Below are positions 57,419 to 64,000 of a stretch of DNA of 64,000 nt, piece by piece. Numbering within the stretch: the stretch's first letter is position 1; every line of letters starts with the position of its first letter. The notes beneath the pieces were generated by a model. The model was not told where the DNA came from, did no database searches, and saw only the letters and a list, made by a program, of their open reading frames with translations. The translations under genes were made by a program, and so were the position numbers. This DNA is from the human T2T-CHM13v2.0 reference genome, Homo sapiens. The DNA is taken from assembly GCF_009914755.1 (NCBI RefSeq), contig NC_060926.1; one strand, given 5' to 3'.

Positions 57419-59140
57419 TTAGGATAATTATTTCAGCTTTATTGAGGGCAGATTAGTTGAAGTCTGGGCGCTGCGTTTCAATACGCGTTGTACACGGGCC
57501 GACAATGTGGTCATTGTTGGCTACTGTGTGTGAATCCATTCAACATATACACTTTTTAACACCAAACCGAGTCCTGTCTAAATATACACAGTGCTCAGGG
57601 AAAGACGTCTCTGACCCCGACAAATCTGCGTAAATCACACTTCCATAGTTACAGAAGCCTCACAAAGGGAGGCCCGGCTCAAGATGCTGATTACATCTTC
57701 TTAAAAGCAACATACCTAAGAATAAATACCCATGCCTGGCCTAGGGGCTGTGGTGGCCAGAGGCAGAGAGGGCCCTCTGTGTTCTATGGGCCTTTTGGCG
57801 TCTGTTTTAGGCTTTCGATGTTACTTTCCCTAGAGAAATTAGACAGTTTAAAAATAATAATGGTAATTATTATTATTTTACAATACGAGCAAACAAGCAA
57901 TTTTCAGGCCTTATTCACTTCATCCGGGTGGCTGGCCTCCAAAGTTTGAGTGCCCTCTGGGGCTGGCAGGCAGGACCAGAGCTCCTTCTGTTGTGTGGTG
58001 AGGAGTGGGCAACTGTAGGACTTTTCTGGGTCCAGAGGGCTCTTGGGCTTCTCGGCTCCCGCAGCTCCTCCACCACTCCTCAGAGAGGCAGCTGAATTCT
58101 GGGAAGAAACAAAGAGTTGAGTTGCTTCTTAAGATGGAAAGAAGTGTACTGTTTGGACTGTTATTTTAAAATACAGGGTGGTGGGGGAAATCGAGGCTCC
58201 TTGGCCGGGGAGGGAGTAAAGAGAAGCCTAATTGATGAAGAGGGAGTTGAGGTGAATGCGGTCCATGGGCACCGATGGGGGAGGCAAGAGCGGCCTCCAG
58301 CACCCTGGGAATTGGGCTCAGGCTCCCTGGCGCCAGATACCCTCGGAATCCGGGATCCCCGGCTGGCGCCACGGCCCGCTGGGCCAAGGTCGGTGCTTGG
58401 TGGGCCCCATGATCTCATCTCTCCTTTCTTCCTTGCCACTATTAGTGCTCACATAGGCAGAAAGAGGCGGCCCGACGTGCAAACCATGTGCAAACCGCGC
58501 CCGCTGGGCTGGTCAGCCGTCTTTCCTTGCCTGCCGACCTGGACTATGTGGAGCCTGGGGGACCCTCTTGCCTCCCAACAAAATCCCCTCTCTAATTGCA
58601 CATCCCATTCAACAACTCTGCCCAGGGCTTTTCGAATTTCTGGATCAACTTCTTTAGGAAAAAGGGAAGAAGAAGTCTCAGAGACAGCGGTAGAGAAAAG
58701 AGGAGAGAGAGGGAGAAGAGAGAAGAGAGGAGGGGGAGGTAGCGAGATTAAGAGTTGCAAAGATAAAAAAAATTCTCTTTATCCCCCCACTTCTCCCTCC
58801 TTCCCTGCTCTCCCCCTCCCCCCGCCCTCTGGCTAAGTGGTAAAACCGTCCTTACGTTCTCGGTATTGATTGGCAGGGCTGACAGTGATTGGCAGTGGTT
58901 GCCGTGGCAACGCCACAACGACACGCCACAGACCAATAGAAAAGCGAAACAAAATGTTTCAATGCTGCACTCACTGTGGATTTAGGGGAGATATTATGAG
59001 GCTGTTGTCATTAGGGCGATTGCGGTGGAATCGCTGAATCTTGACTCGGCGGTGGTTGGCTCTCCCTCTCCTCTCTCCCTCTCCCTCTCCCTCTCTGTCT
59101 CGGGTTCTCTCTCTGCGCGCGCGCACCGGGCCGCTCTCCT
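57419..59140 (-). ncRNA. SIX3-AS1: Antisense lncRNA, SIX3-AS1-like (ends approximate)
   Basis: Minus-strand donor AAC|GTAAGG at 58856/58855. Acceptors ctcaactctttgtttcttcccag| (exon from 58098) and ctaatttctctag| (exon from 57829). Minus-strand AATAAA at 57443-57438. A head-to-head antisense RNA is known at this locus; the 5' end is from recall, not seen in sequence. Confidence 0.65.
58860..58990. promoter_or_regulatory. SIX3 / antisense bidirectional proximal promoter
   Basis: TGATTGGCAG twice (58867-76, 58886-95), TGACAG (58880-85), X-box GTTGCCGTGGCAAC (58898-911), CCAAT (58933-37). About 0.4-0.5 kb upstream of the ATG, inside a CpG island. Confidence 0.85.
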
Positions 59141-59369
59141 ACCTCCCTCTCTATGTGGCTGCGCGGGTGTGTGTGTGTGTGGATGTGTGTGGGGTGTGGG
59201 TGTCCCTTACGCCCTTCCTCCTCTCCCTCCTCCTCCTGCTCCCCCCTCCTTTCCTTCTCCTCCTCCCCCCTCTCCTCTCCCTCCTCCTGGTCCTCATCGC
59301 CCCTCTCCTCCTCTTCCTCCCCTCTCTCTTCCTCTCCCTGAATTTTCTCCTCTCCTCTCAGGTCAGTCC

Positions 59370-60175
59370 ATGGTATTCCGCTCCCCCCTAGACCTCTATT
59401 CCTCCCACTTCTTGTTGCCAAACTTCGCCGATTCTCACCACCGCTCCATACTTCTGGCGAGTAGCGGCGGCGGGAACGGTGCGGGAGGCGGCGGCGGCGC
59501 GGGAGGCGGCAGCGGCGGCGGGAACGGTGCGGGAGGCGGCGGTGCTGGCGGAGCAGGCGGCGGCGGCGGCGGCGGCTCCAGGGCCCCCCCGGAAGAGTTG
59601 TCCATGTTCCAGCTGCCCACCCTCAACTTCTCGCCGGAGCAGGTGGCCAGCGTCTGTGAGACGCTGGAGGAGACGGGCGACATCGAGCGGCTGGGCCGCT
59701 TCCTCTGGTCGCTGCCCGTGGCCCCCGGGGCGTGCGAGGCCATCAACAAACACGAGTCGATCCTGCGCGCGCGCGCCGTGGTCGCCTTCCACACGGGCAA
59801 CTTCCGCGACCTCTACCACATCCTTGAGAACCACAAGTTCACCAAGGAGTCTCACGGCAAGCTGCAGGCCATGTGGCTCGAGGCGCACTACCAGGAGGCC
59901 GAGAAGCTGCGCGGCCGCCCACTCGGCCCGGTGGACAAGTACCGCGTGCGCAAGAAGTTCCCGCTGCCACGCACCATCTGGGACGGCGAGCAGAAGACGC
60001 ATTGCTTCAAGGAGCGGACTCGGAGCCTGTTGCGGGAGTGGTACCTACAGGACCCCTACCCCAACCCCAGCAAGAAACGCGAACTGGCGCAGGCCACCGG
60101 CCTCACTCCCACACAAGTAGGCAACTGGTTTAAGAACCGGCGGCAGCGCGACCGCGCCGCGGCGGCCAAGAACAG
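59370..60175 (+). CDS. SIX3: SIX3 coding exon 1: N-terminus, Gly-rich tract, SIX domain, homeodomain
   Basis: ATG at 59370 gives [10 protein letters not shown], then a poly-Gly tract, SIX domain ([15 protein letters not shown]...TIWD) and homeodomain with the SIX3/6-diagnostic QKTH and K50 (WFKNRRQR). Donor AG|gttagt at 60175/60176. 806 nt. Confidence 0.99.
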
Positions 60176-62025
<1,850 letters not shown>

Positions 62026-63336
62026 TAGCCAAGGCCGCCCTCCTCCCTCTCCTTCCCCTCCTCCCCCACTCCTTCCCCTCCGCCTCCTAGCCCTCCTCCT
62101 CTTCCTCCTCTTCCTTCTCCTCCTCCATCCCCAGAACAAACCGAAATCAGGATACCCAACCATACACACATACAAGTCCACACACACTCCCACCCCAGCC
62201 AAAAATATATAAAAAACAAGAAAATAACAAATTAACCGCAAACTATCAACAACCCCCAACCACCATCTACCACTACGGCCACCCCAAAGGACCCCGACGC
62301 CAACAGACAGTCAAACGCTGATGTTGCGGGCAGAAAACATAAAAGAGGTGACAATTGTATACTTTCTAGGACAAGCACGGCTTCTCCTTTCGGTTCCCAT
62401 GGACCCGGCACCCCACCTGCATGACGATTTATTTGTATCTGGGAAAATATTCTCTCTAGTTAAAAATGATTTAAAGAGTCGACTATACAAAAATCAATCA
62501 CCACCACGAGGACAAGAGGGCAAAAGCAAAACAGACAAAAAGAAAAAAAATCGCCGTCTCCGTTCCGAATTTGTTAAAAAAAAAAAAAAAAAAAAAGGAC
62601 AGGGGAAAAAAAAAAAAAAAAAAGAACTCCTGGAGAGGGAAATAGCAAATGTGTCTTGCCTTTTGTTGCTCTCTCTCTCTTTTTTTTCTCTCGCTCTCTT
62701 TCTTTCTCTTCTTCTCTCTGTTTTTAAGTCAAGTATTGGTCAAAAAAATGCAATCTTCTGTTTTTTGTTCAGCAGACAATCATTTTCTTCGTAAGCACCT
62801 TTTTCTCTCCACTCTGTCACTGCCTGTGTGGGTACTGGTTATAAATGTGGAAAAAGAATAGTTATGACTGTAACAGATTTTTATTTTTATTTCAAAATTT
62901 TATATGAATTATGTATATCTTAATGATCGGTCATTTTCCCAGTTTGTAATATATGTGTAGAAATTGCCTGTATATGATATTGCTTTTTCTCCTCTCCCTT
63001 TCTCTTTCTCTCCTCTCCCTCTCTCTGTCTTTCTCCCCGCTCAACTGTCTCTTTTCTTTTTGGGGTTCTCCTCCCACTCGGTGCTCCTGGTGTCGACTTG
63101 GCAGTCAAGGAGAGGCATGGTGGCCTGGGTTAGGAAGAGGGACCCTGTCGCTAGCAAAAGCGGAGAGTGAGATTGTAGTATTCTTATGCAAAAGCTATTT
63201 CCAGTATTTCTTAGCAGCTTCAGAGGTATCTCTCACTCCCTGTAGGGCGCTTTTACTGTTATCTTAAACTGCGTGTTTATCTATATGTAAAAACTTTCTA
63301 AAGCAAATACAGTATTCTCCATTTTCTTATCACTCC
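62026..63336 (+). other. SIX3: SIX3 3' UTR (3' end approximate)
   Basis: CT-rich tract, A21 and A18 runs, AU-rich blocks. Variant polyA signal AATACA at 63306-63311 followed by a GU/U-rich element at about 63345-63356. Confidence 0.7.
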
Positions 63337-64000
63337 CAGAGACTGGTGTTTTTGTCTGCCCCTGGCCCGCAGCCGCGGGGTGCTCGGCCTTCACTTCCAC
63401 TCCTGCTCACCTGAGCCGGGGCAGAATTTCAAGGCTGGATCTCAGCATTTTTTTTCCCCCCTGAGGGCATTGGGAAGACCAGAACAGGCCCTCCGGAAAA
63501 GAGCCAAAGCTGGATCCTGAGCAAAAAGGCAAAGATGGTTCAAGGGTTGGGAGCGGGAGGCTACCGCCAGTTTCTTCAGAGTCAGAAGCTAGGCCCACTT
63601 CACCACAGTATGCATTCAGCCGGAATTGTAGCCTGCCAAGACCCTGTGGGTCCTTGGGGGTGTGCTGGGCGTCTTTCAGTTGTTGTTGCTTTGTTTTTTA
63701 AAAGGAAAAACATACAAGGCCGCCAAACCCCAGCATCCATCCCGAGTAGAGCTGACAGGTTTTGTCTTCTTTTTGGGGGGTGGGGTGGTGGTGAGGACAG
63801 TGGCCTGAGTGGGGAAGGCAGGAGGAGTGAGGGAGGAGGTCGCTTGCAGAGTTTAGGGTCTAGAATCAGGATGGACTCCCCTCCTCACCTCCTGAGTGTG
63901 TGTCTATGTGACAGTGTGATTTGCCTTACGGCTCTCGATCTGTCTCCCTGAAATTTCTTCCCATCTTTGGGGTTCAGCTGGAGTCTCTCGAGCCCCTAAG

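Noticed and set aside
56146-57966. Possible CTCF sites (ccgcgaggtgggc; tgccctctggggc)
   Set aside because: Only partial matches in GC-rich DNA; not supportable without a PWM scan or ChIP data.
55498-58836. Long ORFs (219-249 aa) upstream of SIX3
   Set aside because: GC-rich or GA-rich artefacts, mostly with non-ATG starts and no recognisable homology.

Overview
Human genomic DNA containing the SIX3 homeobox locus (2p21, from recall). The only supported protein-coding gene is SIX3 on the + strand: CDS join(59370..60175,61833..62025), 999 nt, 332 aa. Roughly 1-43 kb is intergenic and repeat-rich: about 17 Alu copies or fragments, a full-length THE1C-like MaLR, solo LTRs, L1/L2/MIR relics and hAT MITEs. 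Roughly 43-64 kb has no recognisable transposons and carries a chain of CpG islands, homeodomain/SOX/PBX-rich candidate enhancers, a motif-dense bidirectional promoter, and splice and polyA signals fitting the antisense lncRNAs (SIX3-AS1 and a longer LINC01833/Six3os-like transcript). The most interesting sequence-level observations are: (1) three + strand AG|GT ratchet-like splice motifs (48259, 51641, 59361), the last 8 nt before the SIX3 ATG, suggesting a distal uORF-bypassing SIX3 leader; (2) back-to-back 5' splice sites on opposite strands forming a perfect hairpin at 51627-51646; (3) two short locally templated insertions inside old repeats. Repeat subfamily calls are by eye and need RepeatMasker. 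No bacterial-type systems, CRISPR arrays, tRNA or rRNA genes were seen.
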